From NCBI RefSeq assembly GCF_009914755.1, contig NC_060938.1: a stretch of 64,000 nt of DNA; one strand, 5' to 3'. Every line of letters starts with the position of its first letter. Within the stretch, counting starts at the first letter, position 1. The stretch is from the human T2T-CHM13v2.0 reference genome, Homo sapiens. Positions 34,603-51,500 of this stretch are shown here, piece after piece. Both the position numbers and the translations under genes were made by a program. Under the pieces are notes generated by a model. The model searched no databases. It was not told where the DNA came from and was given only the letters and a program-made list of their open reading frames with translations.

Positions 34603-35115
34603 TGTGACAGATTGTATTTTCCAAAGATATCCCCACAGTATATTCCATTCCACAAGTTTTTTTCCCTGACATGATGCTGACACTTCTTCCATTGAGAGGT
34701 GGTGGCTATGACCCCTCCCCTTGCACCTGAGTGACTGCCTCAACCATTAGCGTATTGTGAAAATAACACTGTGACTGAGGCTAGGTCATAAGACGCCATG
34801 AACTTCCACTTCGTTCTCTTGGGATGCTTTTGGAACCCAGCAGGCCAAACTGCTACATGGAGAGGCCATGAGGAGGTGTTCTGGCCAATGGCCTCCCTCG
34901 AGATCCAGCTGAGGGCCAGCATCAACTTCAGACACAGGAATGAGTGAGTCTTCAGATGATTTCAGTTCCCGGCTGTTGAATTACCCTCAGCCTTCAAGTT
35001 GCCCTGGCTGATGCCATGCAGAGCAGACATTTAGTTGTCTTCAACGAGCTCTGATCAAATTGCCATTTTGTGAGCAAAGTAAATAATTTGTCTTCAGCTA
35101 CCATGTTTGCAATAT
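34603..35115 (+). mobile_element. MLT1F/G-like LTR within the older L1M
   Basis: tgtgacagattgtattttccaaagat...aggctaggtcataa...ccagctgagg...gtgagcaaa. Subfamily uncertain. Confidence 0.65.
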
Positions 35116-35994
35116 TTGTCACAAAAGATAATATTCAAATGGCCAAGAAACACATGAAAAAGTATACTCAACAACATTACTCATTAGAGAAGTACAAGTT
35201 ACAATCACAATGAAATGCCATTACATACCTATTAAAATGACCAAAATATTAACAATTTAAAGCGTTTTCACCATTTTAAGTGTTGATGAGGATGTAGAGC
35301 AATGGGAACTCTTCTCCATTGTTAGTGGGATGAGACACTTAACAACCACTCTGGCAAATTTGTCTGGCGGTTTCTTATAAAGTTAATCATACACTAACCA
35401 TATATATTTCCTATAAAGTTAATCATACACTAATTGCTATATAATTCAGCAATTCCATTATAGGTATTTACCCAAGAGAAATGAAAACATGGCCATAAAA
35501 ACACTTGTAAACAAATGTTCACAATAGCTTCATTCATAATTATCCCAAACTGGAAATAATCTAAATGTCTTTCGACTGGTGAATGAATAAATAAAATATG
35601 GTATATCTATACAATGGGATTCTACTGTACAGCTATAAAAAGGAGCAAACTAGTGAGACATGCAACAACTTAGATGAATCTTAAAACAATTTGCTGAGTG
35701 AAAGAAGCCAGGTATAAAAGTGTGCACCCTGTCATTTCATTTATATCTCATTATTAATGACAGAAAGCAGATCAATGGTTTCCAGGAACTAGAGATGGGG
35801 TAGGTGATCGACGGCAAAGGGATACAGAGAAAATTTTGTAGTCATGAAAATGCTCTATATCTTGCTTGTGGTGATAGTGGTTACAATAGCATGTACATTT
35901 GTCAAATTCACTAACCTGAAAATGGGTGCATTTTTTGTATGCAAATCAATAAACTGGATTTAAATGAAGTAAAAACTTTATATGTAAAGAACAC

Positions 35995-36518
35995 TGTAAT
36001 GGTTAATATTGTCAACTTGACTGGATTGAAAGATGCAAAGTACTGTTCCTGGGTATGTCTATGAGGGTGTTAACCAAAGGAGATCCACATTTGAGTCTGT
36101 GGATTGGGAGAGGCAAACCCACTCTCAATCTGGGTGGGAACCGTCTAATCAGCTGCCAGCGTGGCTAGACTGGCTGAGTCTTCCAAGATTCCTCTTTCTC
36201 CTGTGCTAGATGCTTCCTGCCCTCGAACATTGGACTCCAAGTTCTTCAGCTTTTGGACTCTTGGATTTACACCAGTGGTTTGGCAGGGGCTCTTGGGCCT
36301 TTGGCCACAGACTGAAGGCTGCACTGTTGGCTTCCCTACTTGTGAGGCTTTGGGACTCTGACGGATCCACCACTGGATTCCTTGCTTCTCAACTTGCAGA
36401 AGACCTATCATGGGACTTTACCTTGTGATCATGTGAGTCAGTTCTCCTTAATAAGCTCCCTTTCATATATACATATATCCTATTAGTTCTGTCCCGCTAA
36501 AGAACCCTGACTAATACA
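35995..36518 (+). mobile_element. MLT2A (HERV-L) solo LTR, MLT2A2-like
   Basis: TGTAATGGTTAATA...gtcaacttga...gaaccctgactaataCA; 5-bp TSD AACAC/AGCAC. Confidence 0.88.
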
Positions 36519-36533
36519 AGCACCCACACATTA

Positions 36534-36668
<135 letters not shown>

Positions 36669-38672
36669 TTAGCAGTTTAGTTACTATAGATAAATTATCA
36701 TGTAGTCATTCAGCAAACATGTATAAATTCCTCCTCTGCGCCACCCACTATTCTAGGTACAGGGGTAACAGTGGGGAATAAAACATACCTTGGTCAGGAT
36801 TCCATCCTGGGAAAGGAGATAAAGGATTCTGCTTCCTATGAAGCATTTCACTTCAGCATTTAAATAAACATGGCATTCTGAGTATAATTTTCCACCAAAA
36901 GAAATTAGAAGGTGTTCTGTCTGAATGCAATATGTCCACAACAAAAATGTTCCTTATGCAAAATGTGTGTACAGTAGATGTCACAAAGCAGTAATGCTGC
37001 CAGACTGGCATTCAGTGTAAGACCTCAGAGAGATGATTAATTGAGTCAGGAGACTGCATGGAATTACTTACTCAAGTCAGATGTTCACTGGGTTGGGTGC
37101 CAGTGGTGGCAGTAGTGACAGGTGACTTTGAGTATTACAGTCATGGCTTTCTGTTCTGACCACCCAATGCCCAGAAACTCTAAAGTCCCAGGAACTCTGG
37201 AAATATGGGCTTTGGGACATAAAACTGGTCCAGTTTCAAGAAAGAAACAAATACTATAAACTATCCATAAAAATCTTTGAAATTGTGTTCAGTGCTACAG
37301 ATGAGGTAGACATGGGACTGTTACGTAGACTGTTTCTAAGCGTGTATTATAGGGTCTACTCATGTATCTTTGATGTTGTGTCAGCCTTTTCATAGCTTGT
37401 TTTCTGATATTATAGTAAACAAAAGTAAAAGCCACCTTAAGCCAACCGCAAGGCCACATTCTTGCCCCTCTTTGACCATGGGTCTGCAGACTTTCCTAGT
37501 TCAGCTGGACTCTTGTGCTTCTCCCAAACTCTCTATTTTCTTTCAGTCTCTCTTTTTATCTCCTCTCCACAGCTCACTCCTTCAAAGTTGTTTTTCTCCA
37601 GGATTCTGTTCACAGCCCCTAATCTTCTCACTTAACACACTGTCCCTGAAGAGACTCATCCATCTCCCAGGTGTAAATCCTGCCTCTACATTAATGATAC
37701 ACAGTGAGAGTTCTCCTTTGTGTTCTTCACCTGGTTTGGCAAGGTTCCCTTGCTCTGGGGCACTGTATGTGTCTTGTTCAGATTGTTGCACTTAACATAC
37801 TGAATTGTAATGATCTGTTTCTATGTGCATCTCTTCAGCTAGACCATGAGCTTCCAAAGGGCTGCGGCAGTATCTTACTTATCTCTGTATTTACTGTGTC
37901 TTGCCCAGTGCTTGGGACTCAGTGCATGTTTAGAGTAAAGAGATGCAACCAGCAAAACTGAGTGGTGAGTGAATAAGAAAACAGCACAGAGTCATTCGGT
38001 GACTAGCAGATGGACACTGAATTTAAAAAAAACAGGACTTTCATAATCAGTCTTTCATCCACACATCCATCTGCTCACCTACTGCCAAAATAGCAATACA
38101 TATTCCAATTCTTTTAAGAAATAATCTATATCTTGATAGGAAGACAGTCTAGTGGAACAAATCAGTTTGTCTCAAGGTCTAGAAGAATGAAGGTGCATTG
38201 CATGTGTGAGGGTTATCAATGATGGTATGTATCTAGGCTCTTTGGAGCACAATTACCTTTTCAAAGTACATTAGTACCTATTATGCCATTTTAGTTTATA
38301 AAAAAACCCATGAGAGTGGTGGGATAACTATTGCCATTTAACAGATGAAAAAAATTACCCAGCGAGGTGAAGGATTTTCTTCATGCCATTGGACTAGTCA
38401 CTGATTTTTTTCTAGCTATTAAAACTTCTAAAAAAAATACAGCTTCAATTTACACATCTATAAAAGGGACACAATGTATTATCCACTTTTTAAGGTTACA
38501 GTCTTAAACGTCAAATGAGACTGAATCCCTCTAACATTACAGGCATTGTGCAAAACACTTGGGGTACATTGATAACAGATCTTGACCATGAGGTCATTAT
38601 GGATGGCTGGAAAAAAAGGATTTTAGAAATGGTATTTCTTTTGCCTTTTCAGTTTATAAAGAAGTCACATTC

Positions 38673-39015
<343 letters not shown>

Positions 39016-39329
39016 TTAAGAGGCCAAAATGAAGCTTACAAGTTCAGTGATCTGCCCAAAGTCACACAGTGTCACTGGTGAATGACAGACTCTAATCCAG
39101 GTCTTTCAAACTAAAGAATATTATGTAAATTTTTGTTGTTACTGTTTTGTCACAGTATATAAAATGTTGGACTCTATACACTTTAAAAATATGCTTTGAA
39201 TGCAACAGTTCTGGGCATTAAAAATCAGTATCTTATAAATATCTAATTATTAAATATAACATTTAAAATGTTAAAACGAATACATTTTAAGTATAGACTT
39301 TAATTTTAGGGGTTGGATGAACAAATTCC

Positions 39330-40146
39330 TCTGCTATAAAAAGAGCTATAATCAGTATGAAATAGACAACCTACTTTTTAAAAAACGGGCAAAAGACTTG
39401 AACAGTCACTTCACAAAAAAAGGATATCCAAGAGGCCAGCAACATAGAATAGGTGCTTCAACAGTGATCAGGAAAACACAAATTAGTGGGGCACCACTAC
39501 ACACCCATTAGAATGGTTAAATTGAAAAAGACAGTTTTGTGAGAGTGTGGAGCAACTGGTGCTCTCATGCATTGCTGGTGGGAGTGGCAATTGGTGCAAC
39601 TCCTTTGGGAGACTGGTAGTATGTACTAAAGTTGGAGATACACATCCCTATGGCTCTGCAATTCCACTTGAGATGTACACTCAACAGAAATATGTATGTA
39701 TGTTCACCAAAAAAACATGAACTAGAATGTTCACAGCAATACTATTTGTAATAGCCAAAAACTAGAAACTCTCTGAATATCCATCAATAGTCGAGTGTAT
39801 AAATGCATTGTAGTAGTAGTCATACAGTGCAATACTATACAGAACTAAGAATAACAAACTACACTCAACAATAAGGCTGAACCTCACAAACATAATGTTG
39901 AGCAAAAGAACCTACACTGTATTGTTCTATACCTATAATGTTCCAAACCAGGGAAAACTAGCCTATGGTGTTAGCATGGTGGTACCCTTAGTGGGGCTGG
40001 TTAGTGACTAGAAGGGGCATAGAGGATATCTGGATACTGATAATGCTTTGTTTCTTGATGTGGGTCCTGGTACACAAGTGTGTTCATGGGGCTGTACACT
40101 TGCAATCTGGGCACTTTTCTGTGTGTACTTTATGCTCCATTAAACA
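39330..40146 (+). mobile_element. L1ME-like 3' fragment
   Basis: gggcaaaagacttgaacag...cattgctggtggga...ctcacaaacataatgttgagc motifs. Confidence 0.75.
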
Positions 40147-40216
40147 TTTTTCAAGAGCTATTCTCTTCTTTTCTCTTATAACTATTACAGGTCTAGTCAA
40201 TTAATCAAAGCCATCA

Positions 40217-40468
<252 letters not shown>

Positions 40469-40641
40469 TCACATTTGGAGCCAGATTCTAAATTAATTTC
40501 TTAAGTATCCAGCAGAGGATAGATATTTTTCCTTAGAAAAACCTATCAACCCCACATTTATTCATGGACTCTAGGAAGGGGGTCTGTGGACTTCAAGATA
40601 AGAACCCCAGACCTTGAGACAACTTCACAAAATAAAATATA

Positions 40642-40959
40642 CAGTCAGCCCTCTGTATCTGTGGGTTCCGCATTTGTGGATTTGACTAAACATGAATAGA
40701 ATATATTCACAAAAATAAAAATAATAACAACAACAAATAATACAAATAATAAACAATACAGTATGACAACTACTAACATAGCATTTACATTATATTAGAT
40801 ATTATCAGTAATCTAGAAATAATTTAAAGTATATTGGAGAATGTGGGTAGGTTATATGCAAATACTACATCATGTCATACAAGGGATTTGAGCATCCGTG
40901 GATTTTGATAGTCATGTTGGTCCTGGAACCAATCCCCCATAGATATCAAGGGATGACTG
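40642..40959. mobile_element. Tigger3a/MER7-like non-autonomous DNA transposon
   Basis: TA|CAGTCAGCCCTCTGTATC...GATATCAAGGGATGACTG|TA inverted termini with TA TSD. Confidence 0.85.
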
Positions 40960-41260
40960 TACTTTGATATATAAACAATTGTCCAGCAAAAATAGAGAAG
41001 GGGAAATGTATTGAGGCTTTTAAAGGAGGACTTAATGTTTCTTGAAGAAAGAAGAAGATTATGAATTTTTTCAGAATTCTCTAATGTTTTCTCTATTGAA
41101 TTCTCTATTCAGTTCTCTATTATTATACTATTATAAGTTGCATGATATTTATTATTACATAATCATCACCAGAAGCATCTTATTAAGAAAATGGAACTGT
41201 ATATACACTATACTAGTAATTTTCTCCTTCATATTTTCCTATATATTCCTTCATATTTTA

Positions 41261-41528
<268 letters not shown>

Positions 41529-42018
41529 AAAAGTTACATTTTGATATCAATGCATCTCAGAGAATGTTTCCATTTTTAATTAACCAATTCCACATGCATA
41601 TGCTTATCACCAACTGTTGATTGTAAATTTTAAAAAGGCACTAAACATCTCTTTACCTGCTGCTAATTCATCCACTCCCCCACTGCAACCTTTGTTCACT
41701 CACCCTTAAAAAGCAGAATCAAGTTTCTAACTTATAAATAAGAAAACCGAGGTCCACTCAATGACTGTTCCACAAGTACATGTTAGTTGGTTCTAGTCTC
41801 TCTCCCTCTTTCTCTGTATACATATACACATAAGTATACATATATACACATACATACATAGCATATGTGTACAGGTGTATGTGTATACATGTGCATATAT
41901 ATGTGTTGTAACAAAGATTGTTAAACATTGATATTGAATGGGTAAGTTTAACAAATGTGGATTTCATGAAAACTTCAATGCCAGGTAAATACTACCATCT
42001 GTATATACCACTATTCTA

Positions 42019-42174
<156 letters not shown>

Positions 42175-45050
42175 TTAGTTAAAAAATATTAATCAAAGAA
42201 GTACCTAGTTTTAAAAATCAAATTATCTCACAAGGTTTATAACAAAAACCAACTGTCAGGCACTCCACAATGCTATGTTTACTCCTGTCTGACTCCTCAG
42301 AATCAAACATTTTTAACTCTTTTTAGTTGTTTCCTCTTCCATTTAGCTCAATTTTCTTTAAAAATATGCATATATGCCTATTTTCTGATTTATCATTTTC
42401 AGGCATTTTCCATTTACTTAGTCCCATTCCCACATCCTTCTCCCACACCTACAACCTCTATATTTCATCCCTAACCTTCCTATAAAGTTATAGTTTTTGT
42501 TTAAATAAATTGTAACCATTTAGATCATTATGGCAATAAGGATTATCCCCGATGAGCCAAATGGTATAATATGATTAGATTTTCTTTTTAGTATAATTTT
42601 TGTTTTTTCTTGGAGTTAAAGATTGCTTTGTTTAAAAAATTGCTCAGTGTCTCATGTACATATAATTAATTCATACCAAATCTACAACAGAACTGTACAA
42701 CCTTTCAAATTTTATTTCACATATAGTCAAACACATTAACATATCTGTGAGTTTCATTTCTCCCCTCTCCCTCAGAACCTCCCTCTGAGATATGCCTTCT
42801 GGAATCTTTTCTTTCTTTGTGCTTGCTTTGCAGCTGACTTCTTTGGACTTCCTTTTGCATTTTTCTTTTTCTTTTTTTAAAGGTTTTATTCAACCAGAAC
42901 CCTTTGTATTATTCTTATGTCGGACCTCCTGTTTCCTAAATTTCTTATACTCTTTTTCTTGATTCATTTATTCTATTTGTTGAAGCAAATTCTAGACATC
43001 TTCAGGAAAAAGAGTAAATGGGATAAATGTTTTGAGATCTTGTATATCTCAATATGTTTCTATTCTATATTCTTGATAGTTTAGCTGGGTATCTAATGTT
43101 GGAAATTATTTTCTCTCAAATTTTGAAGGCATTGTCTTATAACTTCTACTATAATATTGCTGTTAAGAAGTTTGAAATGATTCTGATTTCTAATATTTTG
43201 TGTGAGATCTGATTTTTCTCTCTAGGAGCTTTTAGGATCCTCTCTTTCCATTTTTCCTTCTGAAATTCCACACTAATATGGCTTAGTCTTTTCTTTTAAA
43301 TATTGTTTTGGGGATTTGCTTGGACATTTAAAAATGGAAATCTATATTCTCTAGTTATAAGAAATATTTTGTATTATTTATTTGATAATTTTATTAGTTC
43401 TTTAAAAACATGAATATATGGCTATATCTTGATTTATCATTGTCAGGCAGTTTCTACTTACTTCGTCATATATAGTAGAGGAGATTTTAGCATGCTTACT
43501 CCCATTCCCACATCCCCCACCCACACCCACAACCTCTACATTTCATCCCTAACCTTCCTATAAAGTTATAGTTTTCGTTTAAATAAATTTTAACTCTTTA
43601 GATCATTATAATAATGTAAGCATTATTCACTGATTTTTTTCTGGTCTTGTTTGGTAGATATTTGGCATCTCAGAATAGTTTTTAAATTTTCTTACCTTTC
43701 TCTCCTTTTCCTCATCTCTTTTTGTTGTTGTTGCTCTATTTTTACAGAGATTTTCTTAACTTTTCTCATAATTTTCCTATTGAATTTTAACATTTGTTAT
43801 TATACTTTTAATTTCTGAGAGCTCTTTCTGTTCTCTAATCTTTAAGCATCATTTTCTTTTTTCATAAATGCAATATATTTATTTCTCTAAGAATATACTC
43901 TTTAAAAGTATGCTTATGCTCTTTGCATTTTCTCTGTTTCCATCAAGTTCTCTTGTTCTGTCCATTTCAGTTTCTCTTTCACACTGGATGCTTCAGATCT
44001 TTGTCTGATCCCATTTAATAGTCCTGGGTGAGCTTCAATATACAGTGATCAGGAAGGAACCAGCCATTTGAGGGGACCATCGAATGTCGGTGCTGTTGTG
44101 GGGCTTTTCTCTGAATTGTTCAGTTTCCTTTAAGGAAGAATATGTTAGTCTCCTTCCTCAGGTTGGGGTAAGGGATTATGGAAGAGTTCACAACACCACT
44201 GGCTGGCAGCATTCAGCAAACTGAGCTCAGAGGGGATCTCAGTGGGGATCTCAGTACAGTACCTGTCTTCTGCTCTCAGCCATACCTGATGCCTTGCGGT
44301 CTGAAGCCATCTGGTCCAGTTTCTTTTGCCAGCATTGAGGAGGAGGAGTCACTCAGCTAACTGCACAAGGAGGGGATTTGACCTGGAGCTCTAATTGCTC
44401 TTTATAAAGACTTTCAACCAACCTTTAGCCCTGTGACTCATCTCAGCTGTCATAGTTTCAGGGGATGCCACTGCCTGTGACTTTACAGCTTTGGGGGAAA
44501 GAACTTTTTGCCTTCATCGTGCCCTTTTTGGCAGGCTTTTGGTGTTTATATTTCTCTTTCTGCCTCTATCCAATTACATCTTCCCAAAATTTGTTGATAT
44601 TATCAGGTAATAAATAAATAATAAATCAGCAGATAGCAAATGTCTTATCTCTTCCAGTGTCTTGGTACTTATGGATTTGTATCTTTTTCAGAAAAAAAAA
44701 CCTTTATATACATATTTGGGAGTTTTATGAGGGAACAAAGATATATGTACATGCTTTATCCATCGGATTTAACTAAAAGCTTTCTGTGTATGGAGCCCAT
44801 GCATGCCATTCTCTGCAAGCGTAACTGCTGGCAGGTCAACTTTCCCACTCTTATGTTCCTTTTACTTCTTTTCTCCTGTCTTCCTCTCTTTTATCTACTT
44901 TCTTCAGCATTTTCTCCCCTTTGTTTACATTAAGAGATTTAGTACTTGCAATGTTTTTGCTTACTTTTATACTCCTACTGTTTCTTACATCCTCTACCTA
45001 GTAAACAAAGGGATAGGAAGAATGGCTGGGAAAGTAGAAAATTGGGACTA

Positions 45051-45564
<514 letters not shown>

Positions 45565-46709
45565 TCATCTGAGGAGTGGGTACCAGGCCAATTACCCATG
45601 TATTATTATTATAACATTCTTACATTTTTAAAAATCCACCCTCCTTGGCAATAATCACTATTCACTTCTGAATATTTTTTTATTCTACATTTGAACATAT
45701 TGGGGTTCCATATGAATGTCCCATTTTGACACAGGCGATTTTAATTCCTATCCCCATATTCGTCTTTGCTAACCAGTAGACAATTTTTGTTCCCATTGTA
45801 GTCCTTTCTGTAACTTTTGGTCCTGGCCTTCTGATTCCCATGTCTCTTCTTTCATCATCTAGAAGATACAAATTCTGGAAGTTGTTCCTGCTTAAAGACC
45901 TGGGCAGATTCCTTAGATAATGACCCTCTACTCACCAAATGCAATACAAGACTCAAAACCCAAAAAGATGATTCTGGGCCAGGCACAGCACTTTGGGAGG
46001 CCAAGGCAGAAGGATCTCCTAAGCCCAGGAGTTTGAGATTAGCCTGGGCAACATAGTGAGACCCTGTGTGTTTTTGGTTTTGTTTAAAAAAAAAAAAAGA
46101 TTCTGGATATATAAACTTTGGACCTTGGGCACAGGGTTGAATGATTACATCCAATTTTTTGTGGAGAAAATAATTATTTTTATATTAAACATGCATGATT
46201 ATACCATGTAATATAATTTAAAATATGCATACTTTCGGACATATTTCACGTCCTCTACTAACTCTCAGATCTGAGACAAGCTCTTACCTATCTGTGCCTC
46301 AGGAGGAAGTTAGTGAAAAAAAAATCTGAGGAGTGCTTACTCAATAAATGGTTAAAATCATAGCAGGAAAAGAGATATAATTTGCAAATTCACGGTAAGA
46401 AAATACAAAAAAAATTCCACATGGTAGCAAACAAATGAGTTAGTTCTACCTTTCCCAAGTATGGAGAGAAAGAAAATAATATGGTAAAGGACTAAGTCTT
46501 AAATAGTTTTTAAAAGAGAAAAGGAAAATTTTGACAATAGCAACGGTAAGATTGTAGTGTGGAGGAGAAATTAGTAGGTGAAGCAAAAACTAGAGAACAG
46601 AGGGCTAAAGGTAATGGGGAAAGTTTGGTGAGTTTCACCATTGGCTTGTAACTGATGACCTCCTTGTGTTAGAAGATGACAGTGAAATCCTTACCTGGGA
46701 TTGAGTTTA

Positions 46710-46916
<207 letters not shown>

Positions 46917-48667
46917 TCACACAACAATTTAAAGTAGAATATAAGTTTTTTGAGGGAAAGAGTTTCATCTGTCTTGGTCTCCTATCCTGAGGTACATAGA
47001 AAGACATATGGCATATACTAATCTTTTAATAAATATTTGTTCCCTGACTCACTGACACTCTGACAATCCACAAAGTAAGGAGATTAGATTCAATTGGTTC
47101 TCTAAAGATCCCTTCTGCTTTAAACCTCTTCTGCTATATCTCTATGAACACTACCATGTATACAGCCCAAAAACATATCTGAGAAAATTTCCTTCAGTAA
47201 TATTTTACCAAAAAGAGGCAGATAAACAGAATACACTTCTAAGAAATGTTGGATGTGAGAAATGGGAAAAAGATAGAAGTAATTGGATATAATGTTAAAA
47301 TAAATGAGTAAAAAGTGCCCAAAGCAAAACATGAAGATGCCTGCCTACTTATTCAAACTCAAGTTTTGTTTAGTTTCAAATGGAATAATAGTTGGACCTT
47401 TCTTAGCAAATCAGGATGGATTTTAAATGGTGACTAAGGCAGAGACCACCAGCTGACATTTAATGTTTGTTCTCTTCTCCTTCAATATTAGGGCTCCTGA
47501 GTTTCAGCTGAGCACATGGCTTCTGGCTAGAGTGTGGTTTCTGGCCTTCCCTTGTGGGTGGGTGTGACCAAGGAGTTTGTGCATGGAAGTCATGTGTGCC
47601 ACTTCTGGGCTCTGCTCCTGCAACAGGAACAGCTGTGTGCTCCCCTGTTCCTTTCCTCCCTCCCCTGGCCAGAGGAGAATGAGAATGGAAGCTACTCCTT
47701 GACGCACAGATGTTAGGCTCATGCTGAGGATGGCAGAGCCACCCTGCCAGCCCTGGACCCCTTCCCTATGGCCTGGACTGGGAAAGAGAAACAAACATCT
47801 CTCTTGCTGTAATGACCCCTTTGAGCATCTTCCCGACTAGATGTTCAGACTCACAAAATTTGATTAGGCTACACTTGTCCCAGTTTACTCTTAAAAACTT
47901 TTAGTTTTGGTTTTCATTTTTATCCAAGTTGTATGCACACATAATTGGAAGGAAATGCTAAGTTTTAGCAGGGCAGTGCCAGGCATGCTTCCTTATTGGG
48001 AGGTGTCTGCACAAGACAGCAGACCAGTGGCTGTTTCCTTCAAGCCCACCAAAGTGATACTTCAGATGCAAGAGAGACAGAGAGACTCACACAGGTGGGG
48101 TTATAGTCTCCCTGGCTTAGAAACCCCATGTTCATATAGGAACTAATATCTCTTGGACGTATCTTCCAGATTTCAAAGGGCATACCCACTTAAGAGAGCC
48201 ACCAAACCCAGGGAAGCCCAATGCCACAGTTTCCCATGGGTTATTTTTCCAGTCAAGATGCAGCATACAAATCAGGAGTCATTGTTATACAAGCAATGTT
48301 GCTTCATAATATAGCTGATATTCTACCTTCATCAGGCTATTAGGGGAAGGAGCCAGAAAGTGGTTAACCCAGGGCCAGTTTCCCAATGAAAAAGGAAAGA
48401 GGGTTGTTAACCCTTTTCACATCTTGCTTATGTTCACTGTGTTTTAGCATATCTTTGATAGAGTAGTTTTCTTGCACCTTAACTAATACACCGATATGCT
48501 GGCTGATATGTCTCCTCCCAAATTGCCATTAGCATCCTTATGAATAAATACAAAGAAGCTAAAATGCATAGAAAAATACCATAATTCAAAAATATCATAA
48601 TGCAGAAGCAGGAGTACATTTCTCCAGACTGCAACATTTAAGCAGGTTGAGTTAAGAAACTCAATCC

Positions 48668-49043
<376 letters not shown>

Positions 49044-49054
49044 TTAATTCATTC

Positions 49055-50135
49055 CATTGCCTGTATGCAGCTCAGGTTCCCAGGGCTGCTGTGATAAGAA
49101 GCCATTCTCTTGTTCCGTTCTCTGAAAGAGACTGTGGGGTACTAGGTTCAGTGTAGCAAGTTGCTTGCCTGTGGGCTCAGGTTGTTGGAGTGGGGCAGCC
49201 AGTCAGGTTCACACGGTCTTCAGATCCTTCTAGATCCTTTCTCATTGTCTCTGATTCCTAAGCCACATGCATATTTATAGATCAGTGATGACAGGCTCCA
49301 GTTTCTGATCCAGGTCCCCCATCTCCCTGAAGGTGGAGCGTTGGAAAAGAGAGACCAATGCAGATTCCAGTCCACCCTCGCTCATCCTGTGAGCTCTAGT
49401 TTGTTTTTGCTTCCATTCACTTCCTGTTGGTCTTTCCATCCCAAGTACCTGCCCTGCTGACTTCAGGCCCCAGCACCAGATGTAAAGCTGACAGCCTCAC
49501 CAGACTGTGTAACTAGATATCACAGTTGCAGAAGGTCAAGTCCTATAATAAACCCTTTTCCTGGCAGCTCTGCTTCTCTGATCAAATTCTGCCATATACG
49601 GGGCTGTAGGACCCAGAAAAGTGAATGGTCCTTGGCCTGGGCTTGTCCATGCTTTATCAGGATGATGTGAAAAATCTGTGGCAAGCTCTGATAGAAGATT
49701 TACAACGGAGGGTCCGGTATCAGAGTCAGGCCTATGGAAAAGTCAGCCACAGCACTGCCCTGTCGACAACACATCCCAACACTGGGATGTTTATATTATG
49801 AACCAGTGACTAATCTAATTAATATTCAGGGCTGTTTTCCTTAGAATGTATGGGTCAGAGACCCAAATGGTAGTGGGACTTCTCACTATTAAACCTAATG
49901 ATTTTGCTTTTCCTCCGTGTGACTTTGGGTTCTGTTGATTTAGAGATACTAGTGGGGAGAAAAATGGTTCCACCAGGGGCACAACAATAGTTTCATAAAC
50001 CACAATGTGAGGTTGCTTCCTTCTAATTTTGGGCTCCTCATGCCACTGAATCAAAGGCAGAAATGGGATTACAATGTGCCTGAGGTTATTGGTGCTGATT
50101 ATCGAGGGGAAATTGGGTTATTGCTATATAATAAT
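49055..50135 (+). mobile_element. Ancient ERVL-class LTR (about 49055-49600) plus internal remnant with dUTPase-like sequence (about 49950-50130)
   Basis: tttgggctcctcatgcc...gattatcgaggggaaattggg resembles the ERVL dUTPase region. Highly diverged. Confidence 0.5.
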
Positions 50136-50449
50136 GGTGCACAGGCTGTCATTGGCCCATCCCTTTGTGTGAATTAGGCATGGGTGGACACAGTCCTGCA
50201 GTGGGCACACAGCCTGGCAAGCCGAGTGCAGGCTGGAGGCTTGTGTGTAGTGGTTTTGCAGTTGATTTTCTTGAGTTTTGCGATCTACTGATCATCTCAT
50301 CTGCCAAGTCTTATGCTTCTATTTTATGTATCTTGCCTAATTGCACTGTATAAACTTGAGTAAAAAGTTAAATAGGATCCTTATTCCTTATCCTGTTCAT
50401 GACTCAAAGGGGATTGCCCTCATTGTTTTACCAGTAGGCATGATGGTAA

Positions 50450-51500
50450 AATTATCAAAAATATCTGAGATACTGACCGCTTCTTAACACCTCTTTGGTT
50501 ACCATTTTTGTTCAAGCTACCTTCATTTCTAACTTGGGTTATTGCTTTAGCTCCCTAATTGTTCTTCCTATGTCCACCCTTTTCTTTCCTAAATTCCACT
50601 CAACATAGAAGCTAGAATGATCCTAATTAAAGGAAAAACTCAGATTATTTCAGCCCTCCACTCAGAACCCTCCAATGGCTTTCTAGCCCAGACAGAACAA
50701 AGGACAAAGTACTTATGATGGCCTATAAGGGTGTGCCTGATGCTCCACTTGGATCTCCCCTTGAAGGCGGACTCGCCACACCATTGTGAGGAATGTGTTT
50801 AGCTCACACATCCAATAGTTGGCTCCTTCAGGGTCAGCTCAGCTATCTAGCCAATATCATGCTCCTTTGGGGCAGTCCCCAGTCAGTGACTAAGCAAGGA
50901 GGTGGTACAAGGATGCAGGAAGCCATTTCTGCCCAAGGCAGTCCTCTTCTAACAGGCAATCCTTGCTCCAGAGCTCCCCAGAGAGAGTTTGTCAGGCTAC
51001 ATAATGGCCTGACAGCTTTCCCTGCCCAATCTTGTCATAGATACTTCTCCCTAATATACCTTATCACTCCTAATTCCATCTCAGCATCTGCTTCGTGAAC
51101 ATGACTCCCACCACCCCTGGCACTCCCCAGCTCTTATTCAGCAACCCCACCCCCTTGTGATTCCTTAGATAGGAGGGTCCTGCCTCAGGCCCTTCCTGCC
51201 TAGCATGCCCTCTGCCCGGAGCCATCTCCTGCAGACATCTGCAGGGCACCCTGCCTTATATTCAGAGCTGGACCCTTCTCTGACTACCCCTATTTACAAC
51301 AGCACACAGACCATATCACGTGCACTCTCCCTATCCCACTTCCCTGCTTGATTTTTCTCTATGCCATTTATCACCATCCAATATACTACTTGTTCATCTC
51401 ATTTATTTTCATTCCCCCGTGCTAGATAGAAAGCTCCATAAAGGCAGAGTTTTTGCCTGTTTTTCAGCATTTAGAAGAATGCCAGGCACCTAGACTAATG
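50450..51500. mobile_element. L2 fragment interrupted by an LTR16-like LTR (about 50735-51095)
   Basis: L2 motifs (aaccctccaatggct, gatgaaagctccat, gccaggcac); LTR16-like end (tccatctcagcatctgcttc). Confidence 0.6.
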
